Origin: Eledone cirrhosa
Lineage: Eukaryota
NCBI GenBank assembly: GCA_964016885.1
Contig: OZ024743.1
Location: 255,564,001 to 255,628,000, forward strand
Reading direction: 5' to 3'
DNA length: 64,000 nucleotides
Part shown: positions 51,016 through 62,852 of the stretch, piece after piece
How the letters are laid out: each line of letters opens with the position of its first letter
Position numbering within the stretch: position 1 is the first letter of the stretch
Program-made: the position numbers and the translations under genes
Notes under the pieces: generated by a model
The model's input: the letters and a program-made list of their open reading frames with translations, nothing else
What the model was told of the DNA's origin: nothing
Databases searched by the model: none

Positions 51016-51767
51016 ATCATCATCATCATCCTTTTACGTCCGTTCTTCCATGCTAGCATGGGTTAGACGGGTTGTCCTGTTGTGGGCAGTGTCCAGTCAG
51101 CTGACCTTGTCTTGCTCATACAGGAACTGATTCTGGCTTGATTTCTACAGCTGGATGCCCTTTCTAACCCCAACCTCATTTACAGTAAGTGCTGGGTGCT
51201 TTTTTCCGTGGTGCCTACACGTCCACTTTACAGTGTGAGCTGGGTGCTTTTTTGCCATGGCACCTCCACGACCACTTTGCAGTGGGAGGGTGTGGCGTCA
51301 CATTGTCTATATGCTTCAGCTTCGGCTTGTTCCTGTGGGGTTCGTTCTTCTGTATTACTGCGTGATGCCAGAGGTAATGGTCGTGTGTCATTGCTCTTGA
51401 GAGGTGCAATTGGGTAAGGTTGGCCTTTATCACCTCATCCCAGATCATCTTGGGTCCTCCACTCCGCGGTTTCCAACGACTTCTACTGCTCTGTACCTTT
51501 TTATACAGCTGTCATCCTTCATACGCATCACATGTCCATACCAATGTAACCTCCTCTCTTGCACACAGCATTTGATTCCTCTTAAGCTCAGTCTCTCTCT
51601 CAATTCGTTTATACTTTGCATCATCTCATTTATACAGCTGAGTAAACTGGAGCAATGTGAAATAAAGTGTCTTGCTCAAGGAAACAACACATCACCTCGT
51701 CTGAGAATTGAACTCACAACCTTTCGATTGCAAGGCCAATGCTCTAACCACTAAGCCATGTGCCTCC
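51016..51767 (-). mobile_element. Chimera: SINE head+CORE (51621-51767) fused to RTE family A 3' end (51016-51620)
   Basis: Head matches 11147-11292; body matches about 26260-26870. Confidence 0.85.
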
Positions 51768-52719
51768 ATGAAAGTAAAAACCCACAATCTAGTTGAGTGG
51801 TGACATGCTATACAACAGATGACTTTGCTTTCTCATGCAATCATGGAGAGGGTAGTAGTGAAGAAGCAAAGAGGTAGAACAACAAGTTCCTGCCAGTTAG
51901 TATGCTCCCGATTCCCCCTCCTTGATCTCCCATCTCACTATCTGTCTCTGCCATCTGTCCTCCCCGACTGATACCCTTCTTTGCCACCTTCTTCATCTAA
52001 CCCCTGCCAGCTAAATGGTGACATAAGTATTTGAAAGTTTGAACACTTGAAGTAAATGTATTTAACATAATGTCTGATGTGCAATAGTTAATTGTGATTG
52101 ACTGCCCATAATTGATATAACTTCATAGAATTCCATTACACCAGTTTCATTGCACCAGATTTAGGTAACTCTCTTTTTCTGTCTGTCCGTTTCTCTCTCT
52201 CTCTCTAGGAACTTTATTTACTCCAGTTTCTTTTGTCGCTTCTATATTTGGCTGAATTTAATTTTTGATTCCTGCGTTTTTAGAGGTATAAGAGTTTATA
52301 AGAGGAATAATCTACTCAAGAGTTCTGGCGGAAATGTTTGCTTAGAATGACTTCGAATCAGAGTAAATTATGGATAGAATTTGGGAGAATTCCTTTCTAT
52401 TTAGTATCGAGTAACTGACCTTCCAGATTTGGCTATTTCCTGCTAGCAGTTCTATTAGAAAAATAACTCTATAGCAAAGTGAGCTTAAATTTCCATCAAA
52501 TCAAATTTTTCTGTCAGCTGAAGGAGATGAGTTTCACATTTGACTGATTCTAATAACTAGTTCCATCAGCAGAAACCTTCCATCATTTTGGGAAACTATC
52601 GTTATGTCTGTCCGTCTGTCCGTCTCTGCAGCCAACTGACAAAGATATTGTGAGGCCTAATGCTATTAACTAGTGACAGCTTGTCATGTCTTTTTGAATT
52701 AAGGAAACATGAAATAGTA

Positions 52720-53200
52720 ATTCAGAGACAATAGAGAAAGAGTGAGAGAGAGAGAGGGAGAAACAGACAAAGAGAGAGAATAGAGAGTGAGACACCAAAG
52801 CAGAGAGAGACAACAGATAAGGGAGAAGAGAAAAAGAGACAGATACATAAACAGTGAAAGAGAAAGAAACATTGAAATTGAGAAGAAACAGATAGGGAGA
52901 GAAAAGAGTGAGTGGAGACAGAGAGAGATAAGTATATCACATCAAAAATAAAATGTTACTACTGAGAGAGAGGAGAGAAAGAGAGAGAATTGAGTAAGAG
53001 AGACAAGAATTAGAGAGAGCAGAGAGAGAGGAGTATATCATATCAAAAATAAAATGTTACTACAGAGAGAGAGGAGACAGAGATATGAGAAACATAGAGA
53101 GAGAGGGGGGAGACAAGAGTTAGAGAGAGCAGAGAGAGAGGGAGAGAGAGAGTATATCACATCAAACATGAAATGTTACAATAGAGGGAAAGAAGAGACT

Positions 53201-53262
<62 letters not shown>

Positions 53263-53640
53263 GACAGAAAAGAGAGAGAGATACAGGATGACAGGCAGAC
53301 AGAGATAGAGAAACAAAGAGAAGTAAGCAAGAAAAGAGAAAGACATTTATGACATAAAAAAATGAAATATTAGAAAGGAAGAGAAAAAGTGACAGAGAGA
53401 GACAGGCAGAAAGATAGAAAGACTGACCGACAGCCAGGCAAATGAGAGACATATAGACTGAAGCACAGAGAAAGGGAGAGAGGCTGACAGAAATAGAGAA
53501 ATAAGTGAGAAAGAGAGACAGACAGACTAAGGGATAGAGAAAGAGAGCAAGCTAGATAGACAGAGAAAGAGAGAATGAAATGGACAGATGAAGAGAAAGA
53601 GACAAGTAAGAGAAAAAGAGGTAGAGAGAAATTTGTCATC
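52720..53640. repeat. GA-rich low-complexity tract with short internal duplications
   Basis: (GA)n plus a GTATATCACATCAAAAATAAAATGTTAC-like unit repeated three times. Confidence 0.85.
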
Positions 53641-54546
53641 TAAACTGAAATGTTAAAAGAGAAAGGAAATAGGTACCTCTTCAGAAAATGGAGAGATATA
53701 TTTGGAGAATATTTTTCTTTCTAATGCAATTAAAAATGTTGTATTACTATCTCTTTCAACCATCACCACCTTTCCACTCTCTTTTTTCTTGCTCTCTTTT
53801 GGTCCCTGTCTTTCTACATCTATGGCATCCTCTTTCTCTCTCTCTCTATGTCTATGGCATCCCCTTTCTCTCACTCACTCTCTCTATCTCTCACACTTTA
53901 CATATGGCAGTGGTTATTGTGGCTTCTCAGACTATCAGCTTACAGACACAACTTGGGAACCAACAATCAATTCGATACTTGGCTTGTTACAGCGCTGACA
54001 GTGGGCAGTGGTGGTAATAGTGGTGAGGGGCATCAGGGAGGGAACCCAATTCCACTCTGTGGTAATACTTATTATTAATGAGTGAATTTCCAAACTTGTT
54101 TAGAGAGCTGATCGACATAGCACCTTGCTGTTTGTCAATGACAGACGGAATTATTATTTTAAACGTCCGTTGTTCATCTTCTGATGTATTAATGTGACAT
54201 AATTAAATTTGAAATAGTTGTGTTATTGAATAGTTTGCAGTGTAGATGTGTTGCATAAAAGCATGTGGTTTAGGGACTGGGCTGTTTGGGCTTACAAACA
54301 TACAGTTAGGAGTTCAATTCCTAGTGGCACATTCTGTCTCTAAGCAAGATACTTTATTTCATATTATTTCAAGTCCACTTAGCTAGCAAAATTTGTGAGC
54401 TGCACTAGTAATTCAAAGCTGTAACCTTGTCACACACTATGTTATGTCAAATATCCCTTAAAAGTGCATATGTATATGAAATATTCAGCTGCTTGCAGAC
54501 TCATTTTCTAAGACCCATATATACACACAGACACACATATATATAT

Positions 54547-54790
54547 CAGGGGTGAAGGGTGAATGCATGCAGTGCATCCGTTATAGAATCTTGAGTTGAT
54601 CAATTGCGTCGGTTGAAGCAAGCAGAATTTTGACTGCTTACTAAATCGTAAACATATAAAAAGATAACACACACACATACACACAAACATACGACAGCGT
54701 CGGTTGAAGCAAGCAGGATTTTGGCTGCTTACTAAATCGTAGACACATGCCCTGCACATGCCCTACTTTCCAGGTTACCCTTCACCACTG
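54547..54790. mobile_element. hAT-like MITE in (TA)n
   Basis: TIRs CAGGGGTGAAGGGT / ACCCTTCACCACTG (1 mismatch); internal ~50-bp direct repeat at 54606 and 54698. Confidence 0.65.
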
Positions 54791-55294
54791 ATATATATAT
54801 ATATATATATATAAGGTCATCCTGTTGGAACTACAATGAAAAAGCACCCACTAAACACTGTAATTTAGTTGACATTACAGAAAGTATCCAGCTGTAAAAA
54901 TCATGCTAAAAATAAAATCCATATGAGCAAGACATAGTCATCTGACCTGGCTAGTCACATGATGTGACAATCCATCTAACAGATGTTAAACAGTGACGAT
55001 GAGGATAGTGGTGGTAATTATGTATAGCATTAGGAAGAGCATCAGCCGTAGAAGACCAGCCAGAAACAGTTCTATGCGAGCAAGTCACCTGACCAATTTT
55101 GCTTCAAGTGGGACAAACCTGTCTAACCCATGCTAGCGTGGAAGATGGACATTAAATGATGCTGATGATGATGATATATCTAGGGAATGTAACATGCAGT
55201 TACAGTAGGTTCACCCGAGTGAGCACTTGATGCATAGTTTCCAGTCGGTGAAGAGGTGTAGAACTAAGCAGAGTATAATAATAATACCACAGCA

Positions 55295-55385
55295 GAGGTC
55301 CGATGAGCTTTTGATTCCAGAGTCAGGTTAGATTGATACTGATCACACCTTGAACTGATCAATAGTGAAACGCGTGTCACTACTC
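55295..55385 (+). ncRNA. Decayed hammerhead motif
   Basis: GAGGT-CcGATGA-GC..(long stem II)..GT-GAAA-CGCGTG-TC-ACtaCTC-AATAAA. Confidence 0.5.
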
Positions 55386-55430
55386 AATAAATGTAATTAA
55401 GACATAACAAATCGTCCTTTTTTATTATTA

Positions 55431-57079
55431 TCCATGTCAGCATATGCAGACGACATCACCGTAATGGTGTCGAACGCCAAACACATTGAGGCGATTGGCA
55501 CTACACTAAGAGAATACGAGGTGGTGACAGGAGCAATGATCAACCAGGAAAAGACGGTGGGCCTGCAGCTCGGCAACTGGAGAGGCGGGTCCATGCCAAC
55601 CAACAGCATTGTCGGGCGCTTGACGGACGGACCGGTTAAATTGCTAGGGGTCTGGTTCAGTCAAGACCTCCAGACGGACAAAAACTGGGATGAGGTGACG
55701 AGCAGGGTGGCTTATCTCACCCAGAAATGGGCAGAGAGGAAGCTATCCCTGAAAGGTCGAGCGGAGGTGGCGAATGCATACATCGTGTCCATCATCTACT
55801 ACTGCCTGACTGTCGTACCTTGTCCTAAGCCTCGCCTGACTGCGCTGGAACGTTTGCTCTTTCGCTTTTTGTGGAAGGGAGGCGCTCTGTTGGTCAGGCA
55901 GTCCATCTGCTGTCAACACCCGATACGTGGAGGCCTGGGCAAGCCGTGGCTGATGATACGCAGACACGTACTCAGGCTACGACATCTCCAGCTCTTCCTC
56001 GACAGTGATCAGGTATGGTCACCGTTTGCTAGATGCGTGTTTCCCCAGCTTGTCTCCTTGATGGAGCTGCAGTCCTGGGTCAAGCGAAGAACGAGAGGGA
56101 GCGCTTGGAGACTGGAATGTCTTCAGGCGCTCACAGCCCTCGACCTGTCGGGCAATGCGATCGGTGGAAACTCAACCTCAGTATTCTATAGAGGATTAGT
56201 GGAGGAGAAGAGCGATGACAAATTTGGGGAGACTCTGGCCATCGACGAAAATCAACTAGCCAATCTCTTCAGGAGAACTTTCGGGCCTGGGCCTATGGAC
56301 AACTTCCAGAAATCCCTGGCATGGCAGTGCTACCGCAGAGCTTTGCCAGTTCAGGATAATTTCTACAGGCATGGAAGTGCCGTCAGCCAGGCATGTCTGA
56401 GATGCGTGCAGGGCGACGAAACCGTCCTGCATGCACTCGTCCAGTGTCCGAGCATTACTGACTTATGGGTTTATGTCGAACACCTGCTGTCGCGTGTAGG
56501 ACGGATCCGGCGATCAGCTGAGTCCATCATGAGGATTACCCTGCCCTCTTCCTTTAGCCAGGAAGGGCAGGAGATTTATATCTGTCTGGTGGCCATGGAG
56601 AAAGAGATAGTGTGGTGGACGCATTTGAAAGGGATGAAGATGAGCATTTACCTCTTTGGTGATGCCCTGATTAACTTTTTCAAATTTCATTTGAAAAGGA
56701 AAATCAGGGTAGGGATGGAAGTACTCCCTTCCCAGCATTTTGTTGAGAGATGGGTGAGAGAGGCAAGCATGGCCCGAGTGAATGGGCCTACTCTGAGTAT
56801 GCGCCTGTAAATTGGAGGTAGAAAACTGGTTATAGGGCACTTGGCTTGTTGGTCAGGGTCACCGTGGCTTTTTTAATGGGCTTTCTCCACGAATGTCCCT
56901 CGGAACTCTTCCCCCTATTGGGGAATTTTTCATTGTATCTCTTTTGTTACATCCTCTGTTTATTTTTTTTTTTTACATGCAGAAATGCCCATTTGTGCCG
57001 TCCTGTATTGTCCTGTTTTGTCCTGTATTGTCCTTAATGTTTTACTTTGTATCAACCCTTGTGGTTAATAAAGAAAGCG

Positions 57080-57103
<24 letters not shown>
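55431..57103 (+). mobile_element. L1/Tx1-clade LINE, 5'-truncated, young
   Basis: Open ORF, then 3' UTR, AATAAA at about 57068 and (TTA)n. Confidence 0.85.
55434..56810 (+). CDS. Tx1/L1-type ORF2 C-terminus (RT motif C to zinc knuckle)
   Basis: SAYADDIT, INQEKT, KLLGVWF, KLSLKGRAEVAN, FLWKG, GGLG, CLRC..DETVLHALVQC; 458 aa uninterrupted. Confidence 0.85.
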   Translation: MSAYADDITVMVSNAKHIEAIGTTLREYEVVTGAMINQEKTVGLQLGNWRGGSMPTNSIVGRLTDGPVKLLGVWFSQDLQTDKNWDEVTSRVAYLTQKWAERKLSLKGRAEVANAYIVSIIYYCLTVVPCPKPRLTALERLLFRFLWKGGALLVRQSICCQHPIRGGLGKPWLMIRRHVLRLRHLQLFLDSDQVWSPFARCVFPQLVSLMELQSWVKRRTRGSAWRLECLQALTALDLSGNAIGGNSTSVFYRGLVEEKSDDKFGETLAIDENQLANLFRRTFGPGPMDNFQKSLAWQCYRRALPVQDNFYRHGSAVSQACLRCVQGDETVLHALVQCPSITDLWVYVEHLLSRVGRIRRSAESIMRITLPSSFSQEGQEIYICLVAMEKEIVWWTHLKGMKMSIYLFGDALINFFKFHLKRKIRVGMEVLPSQHFVERWVREASMARVNGPTLSMRL

Positions 57104-57143
<40 letters not shown>

Positions 57144-57689
57144 CAGACATAGTTGCTAGGTTAAGGGAGTTTGCTTTGCAACTATAAATTTTTTTTTGTG
57201 CCTGTGTGTCTGTGTGTCTGTGTGTATGTGTGTATGTGTGTGTGTGTTTGTATGTGTGTGTGCTATAGTGAATTCCTTGAAGGCTCTGCTGTAGTATGGC
57301 TACGGTCTAATAACAAACAAGTAGATCAGCATATATATATATGTATGTAGTGTGTGTTAGCTGATCACATTCATTGTATGAAAACTTTTCATGATGATCA
57401 CTTCAATATTTACTAACATAATCAAGTGCCATCAATAATTATTGGTAAAAATTTGAATATATAATCTTGCTAGCGAACCTGTAACTTTCAAAACAGTTAT
57501 ACATAATTATTCTCTTTTTTCAATGATTTTGGAAGAAATGTTCACATCAGCTGGGTAGCTGACAGCTATAATAATCATCATCACTGTTTAATGGTTTTTT
57601 TTACATGCTTGTATGGGTTAGACTGATTGTCACATACAAAGGCTAGAGCCGTCAGGTATTATGTCATGCTCTTATGCTCTATTTTTAGC

Positions 57690-58160
57690 TGGGTTTCTTT
57701 TGCAGGATGTCTTTCCTATCATTAAAAACTTTACAACATGTACTGGAAGTCTGGTTTCTACAGCAGTATGCCCTTCTTAATGCCAAACACTTTACAGCAT
57801 GTGCTGAGAGCATGGTTTCCACAGATGGATGATCTTCCTCAGGTAATTACTTTATAGTGTCTGCTGGGAGCATTTTATCATGACTCTAGCACTACCACTT
57901 TACTAGGTGGACAAAGTGCTTTAGATTATGGTACTAGTACTACTACTTTACAGAGTAGACTGGGTGGCTTTTATCATAGTGCTAGCACTGCTATCTTATT
58001 GATAGGACTAGATCCTTTATATCGTGGCACCAACATTACCATATTATAAGGTGGATTGGGTGCTTTTCATCATGACACCAGCAGTCCCACTTTACAGAGT
58101 GGACTGGGTTTGTTTTATCATGTTAACCAGCACATCCTCATTACAGCAATAGGGTGCTCA
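57690..58160. repeat. Degenerate 50-60-bp tandem units derived from RTE 3' UTR motifs
   Basis: Repeated GGTTTCTACAGC..ATGCCCTTC and CACTTTACAG.GTGGACTGGGTGCTTTT motifs. Confidence 0.6.
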
Positions 58161-58348
58161 GTGTTCTTCGTCAGGCTGGGGAGGCATTGATGAGGGTTAA
58201 TGTTCCTTTCTGTCCTTATAAGACCTGTTATTTTTGCATTTGCTAGATGTTTTAATAGTAATGTTCCATCCATATTTCTACGATTGATATGTTCAACAAC
58301 AAATATAACATCATCACCATTTAATGTCCATGTTTAAATCTATCTATT

Positions 58349-58391
<43 letters not shown>

Positions 58392-58426
58392 TATCGATGT
58401 AGTTTTTTATATCAATATTGCATGGG

Positions 58427-58554
58427 CATCCACTGATGAGTTATAAGGGCCCGCATTGTGTGTATATCTATGGATTATATACAAGTTTCTACATAACCTG
58501 GACATTATTTATCCCAAGTTGTAGAAATCTTATAATAAAACGATCGTCTAGAAG
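58427..58554 (+). ncRNA. Decayed hammerhead motif with extended stem II
   Basis: CATCCA-CTGATGA-GTTATAAG..CTTATAAT-aAAA-CGATCG-TC-TaGAaG; internal TTTCTACA/TGTAGAAA hairpin; the module is flanked by TA runs. Confidence 0.6.
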
Positions 58555-58735
58555 GAAAGAGAGATTTATTTAATTATGTCTCATATAAAATAATACAACC
58601 AGCTATCCACGGAATACTATATAGTTACCACCCCAAACACTAAATTGGGATTATACTTAGGTATACCCTAATGTTTGTTGAGTGAGATGGAGTTGGTCAG
58701 AGTATCGCTTAAAGCTTTCTCTGTTAATGTATTAA

Positions 58736-58776
<41 letters not shown>

Positions 58777-59449
58777 ACAATTTGATTAGCTCCTTCTATA
58801 TTGTGGCTACAACTTTGATTCATACCCAATATGATATGTATATATAAAGAGATGGGTACAATTATGGGGGCTTGATTAAGAATTTTGCTTCACAATCAAC
58901 ATACCACATCACATCACCATACAACACACCACATACCAAACCATCACACACCATGCCACCATAAGCACTATACCCCCAAACTAAGACTACCACATACTCC
59001 ACCTCACCTCACCACTACACACCATCCCATACCACATCACTACACACGAAACACCACACTACAACACCACTGCACCCCAACAACCACCACTACAACTATG
59101 TATCAGGTTTCCTATAATAATCACTGCATTTTTATAGTTTCACAGTTACGAATATATTTTTTAGTAAATATTGATATTTACATATTTCTATTAATATACA
59201 AATGTCACTGTGCGTGTCTGTATACATGCATGCGTGTGCATGTTTGAACGTCTATAATGCACGTCTATGAGTGTGCATGTTTGCATGTCTGTACATATGT
59301 GTATGTGTGTATGTCTATATGTAAGTGTGTGTATTTGTGTGTATGTGCATGTCTGGGATTGAGTGCGTGCCCCTGCATGTCTGTATGAGTGTGCCTCTAT
59401 GTACATGCATGTTTGTGTGTATATGCATGGGGGTGTGTACTTATCTATC

Positions 59450-59451
59450 AA

Positions 59452-59548
<97 letters not shown>
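59450..59548. repeat. (GT)n microsatellite
   Basis: Direct inspection. Confidence 0.95.
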
Positions 59549-59977
59549 GAAATGAAAACTGTAGGTTTGAAATGTCCTCTGTAGGATTGCAACCTTCTGG
59601 AACTGTACAACTGGATGTTGCATAGACATTACATTGTAACTTAAAGTTGGTGTGCTGACATTATGGAATGGATGTAAGATGTTGGAAAGTGAGAGAGTTT
59701 GAGTGAGTGATAAAGGGGTAAAGAGATGGATAGAAATAGTAAGGGAAAGAGAAAAAAAAGAGTGAAACTGATAAAGTGAATGGAGAGAGAAAGAAGGAGA
59801 GAGTGAGAGAGAGAGAAATGAGAAGATAGAGAGAAAAATTTGAGCTGTGAGAAAGATTTACACACGCAAACACACACGCACACATATATATATATATATA
59901 CATATATATATATGTATACATATATATATATATATACTTATATATATATATGTATACATTTATATATACATATATAC

Positions 59978-60216
59978 AGAGGAGACTGAGGTTGGCTGGA
60001 CATGCTCACCGACATCCAGAGTTGACATTGCACTCAGTGCTCCTTTGGGAGCCCCTACATGGACACACTAGAAGAGGAAGACCAAGGTTAACATATGTTG
60101 ATGCCCTAAGGACAGACACTGGTCTGTTGGAGATGCAGGATATGGCAGCGATAATGAGGGACAGAGACCGCTGGAGAGAACTCGTCCATGGATCTCGGGA
60201 ATTTTACCCGCCTTAG
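59978..60216 (+). mobile_element. RTE-X-like LINE 3' end
   Basis: QRRLRLAGHAHRHPELTLHSVLLWEPLHGHTRRGRPRLTYVDAL..RDRDRWRELV. Confidence 0.8.
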
Positions 60217-60235
60217 ATAGATAGATATATATATA

Positions 60236-60352
<117 letters not shown>

Positions 60353-60469
60353 CATAATCTTCATTTAATGTTCATTTTTTCCATGCCTATATGGATATAT
60401 ACATATAGTAATAATGATTATGAAGACCAAAATCTGAAGAGGACTCGATAAGGATTATACATATATATC

Positions 60470-60635
60470 TTAGTCTCAGTCTTAGATTTTTCCACGCCAT
60501 TCGGCGCATCGAGCACTAGGTAATCACCAATGGTCACGATCAGCGGCAACTTTTTCGAGACTGTGCCAGGTGATGTTGGCTGCCATCAGGTCCTTCCGGA
60601 ACGTTTGTCGCCAGGTCAAAAACAGCGATGAACTG
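60470..60635 (-). mobile_element. RTE 3' end fragment (another family)
   Basis: TWRQTFRKDL..ITWHSLEKVAADRDHW, followed by a short repeat tail. Confidence 0.6.
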
Positions 60636-60674
60636 GACTCCGCCTGGTAGTAAACATATATATATATATATATA

Positions 60675-61563
60675 GAGGGTGCAGACAATATTTGTTCGCA
60701 ATTTTCAACTGCTAATTTTATGCAATTTTTTTTTACTTCCATTGTCACTCTTGTCTTCATAAAGACAGTGACTGTGTTTCCATTATTTGTTTTCGGAATT
60801 GTTGATTGTGAATAATTTTGAACCTCCAAATTTGTGGAAGAGACACGGAGTTCTTCTTGGAGTCCGTGCCCGGAGGACAAATAAGACCAGAAGATCAACT
60901 CCCAGAACAACAGGTGGCTCACTGTCTCATCCAAAGACGTGCCCAGAGTCATGCAGACAAAGTTTACAGTGACAACATTGGTCTTGGGTGTCGTCAGCAG
61001 TCAAGGTGACGTCATGCCACCTCACTTCTTCCCTGAGAGCATCAAGCTCAACACCGATGGCTACATCCATGTTCTGAGCAAGGTAGTAAAGCCCTGGATT
61101 GACCAGGTAGCTGCAGGTAGGCCGTACATGTGGCAGCAAGACTCAGCGCCCTGCCATACCAGCCGAAAGACCCAAGCCTGGCTGTCAGAGAACTTCGTCG
61201 ACCACACTTCATCTGACATCTGCCCTGCCAACTCACCTGACTGCAACCCCCTCGACTTCTTTGTGTGGGGGCGCAGTGGAACGAGACACCAACAGATCTA
61301 GCTGCAATACGAAAGATGATCTGAAGGCCAAGATCACAAGTACCTTTAGGGGCTAAGTCGGAGGACAGTGACAAAGGCCTGTAGCCGGTTCCGAGGCCGC
61401 CTTGGGGCGGTCATCAAAGCCAATGGCGTGTTTATCGAGTGAGATCGAAAGAACAAGTCATGAAGACAAACTGACCCAAGTTTGATAAATAAATCTTAAA
61501 AAATAATACTACTGTGTTATTTTTTCCTGGACAGTAATCTTGCGAACAGATATCGTCCGCACC

Positions 61564-61566
<3 letters not shown>
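60675..61566 (+). mobile_element. Tc1/mariner superfamily DD37D (maT-type) transposon, internally deleted
   Basis: 27-bp TIRs (GAGGGTGCAGACAATATTTGTTCGCAA / TTGCGAACAGATATCGTCCGCACCCTG) in (TA)n; transposase remnant WQQD-x37-D (..NSPDCNPLDFFVWG). Confidence 0.9.
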
Positions 61567-61623
<57 letters not shown>

Positions 61624-61750
61624 TTCAGTTATTAGGAGTATTCCAAAGCTTGGTAGAACAAGTTGTGAGGAAAGTTCTCAACATGCTTTAAGGTGACTCG
61701 ACAGGTTGGTAGGGATTCTGTAGTGGAAACACGAACAAACGAGGAGTGTA

Positions 61751-62019
61751 ATCAATGAAGAGAAATAGGACGAAGGTAAACAGTTACAAAAGAATTTAAT
61801 CCACGTATTAACAATTGTTTCATCAGAGTTTCAGTCCATTATTGCTACACTATGTTATAATAGGCAATCAAGAAAGATACTGTAGCATCCGAATTTTCTT
61901 GATTGCCTATTATAACATAGTGTAGCAATAATGGACTGAAACTCTGATGAAACAATTGTTAATACGTGGATTAAATTCTTTTGTAACTGTTTACCTTCGT
62001 CCTATTTCTCTTCTTTGAT
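61751..62019. repeat. 125-bp-arm palindrome (1 mismatch, 19-nt loop)
   Basis: 61751-61875 is the reverse complement of 61895-62019; the arms contain GAAA-CAATTG-TT (HHR 3' half). Confidence 0.95.
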
Positions 62020-62156
62020 ATATATATATATATATATATATATAAATGAAAGGTATAGAAAACACTGCAGCGAAAAGCCAACAGCACTTCATAATATATA
62101 TATATATATATAATATTATTCAAAATATTAATAAATGAGAAATATCATAACCAAAG

Positions 62157-62227
62157 TATATATTTTATTATACATATTTCAAAGGTACAATGGTGTTTCT
62201 GTATGTTTTCATCAGATAAAATATATA
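62157..62227 (-). ncRNA. Type I hammerhead ribozyme motif, intact core
   Basis: Minus strand: TATATATTTTAT-CTGATGA-AAA caTACA..TGTAcc TTT-GAAA-TATGTA-TA^ATAAAATATATA; 12-bp stem I; similar layout to 41172-41240. Confidence 0.72.
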
Positions 62228-62307
62228 AGAGATTGGATATGTGACATACCGCTAAGGTACTTGAATCTTCAATTCCTGTAGTGGCAGTAAGTTATTATAT
62301 ATATATA

Positions 62308-62658
62308 CCCCGTCCCACCACCCCCACCCCCACCCCATCCACACCACCCCGTTCTATGTAAAGTTATGTTGGTGCCGCGCCATCCAGGCCGAAACAAATG
62401 AGATCGTGTAGGTGTCACGACAAAAAAACACACAGTCCACGCTGTAATGTGGCCGTGTAGGCAACACGGTAAAAACCTCCCAGACCCACACTGTAAATGT
62501 GGTTGGTGTTAGGAAGGGCATCCAACTGTAGAAAACCTGCCAGACAGTCCTATGCGAGCAAGACAATCACTCTTGCCTCAAGTGGGACTACCCCCGTCCA
62601 AACCCATGCAAGCGTGGAACACGGACGTTAAACGTTGATGATGATGATGATGATGATA
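62308..62658 (+). mobile_element. RTE family B 3' UTR fragment
   Basis: Reverse complement of about 48590-48920, ends in (GAT)n. Confidence 0.85.
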
Positions 62659-62755
62659 TATTAAAAAATATATATAAACCCGTATAGCAAATATTTATCA
62701 TTAGTGCAGATTAAAGTTTAAGCAAAGAATCGCTGCTTAATATGTACTAATATGA

Positions 62756-62852
<97 letters not shown>

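Noticed and set aside
52260-52620. Unique-looking sequence as a possible coding exon
   Set aside because: Stops in the frames examined and no recognisable motif; could be regulatory but is unsupported.
61944-61952. CTGATGA in the palindrome arm as a complete HHR core
   Set aside because: It overlaps the GAAA, leaving no stem II.
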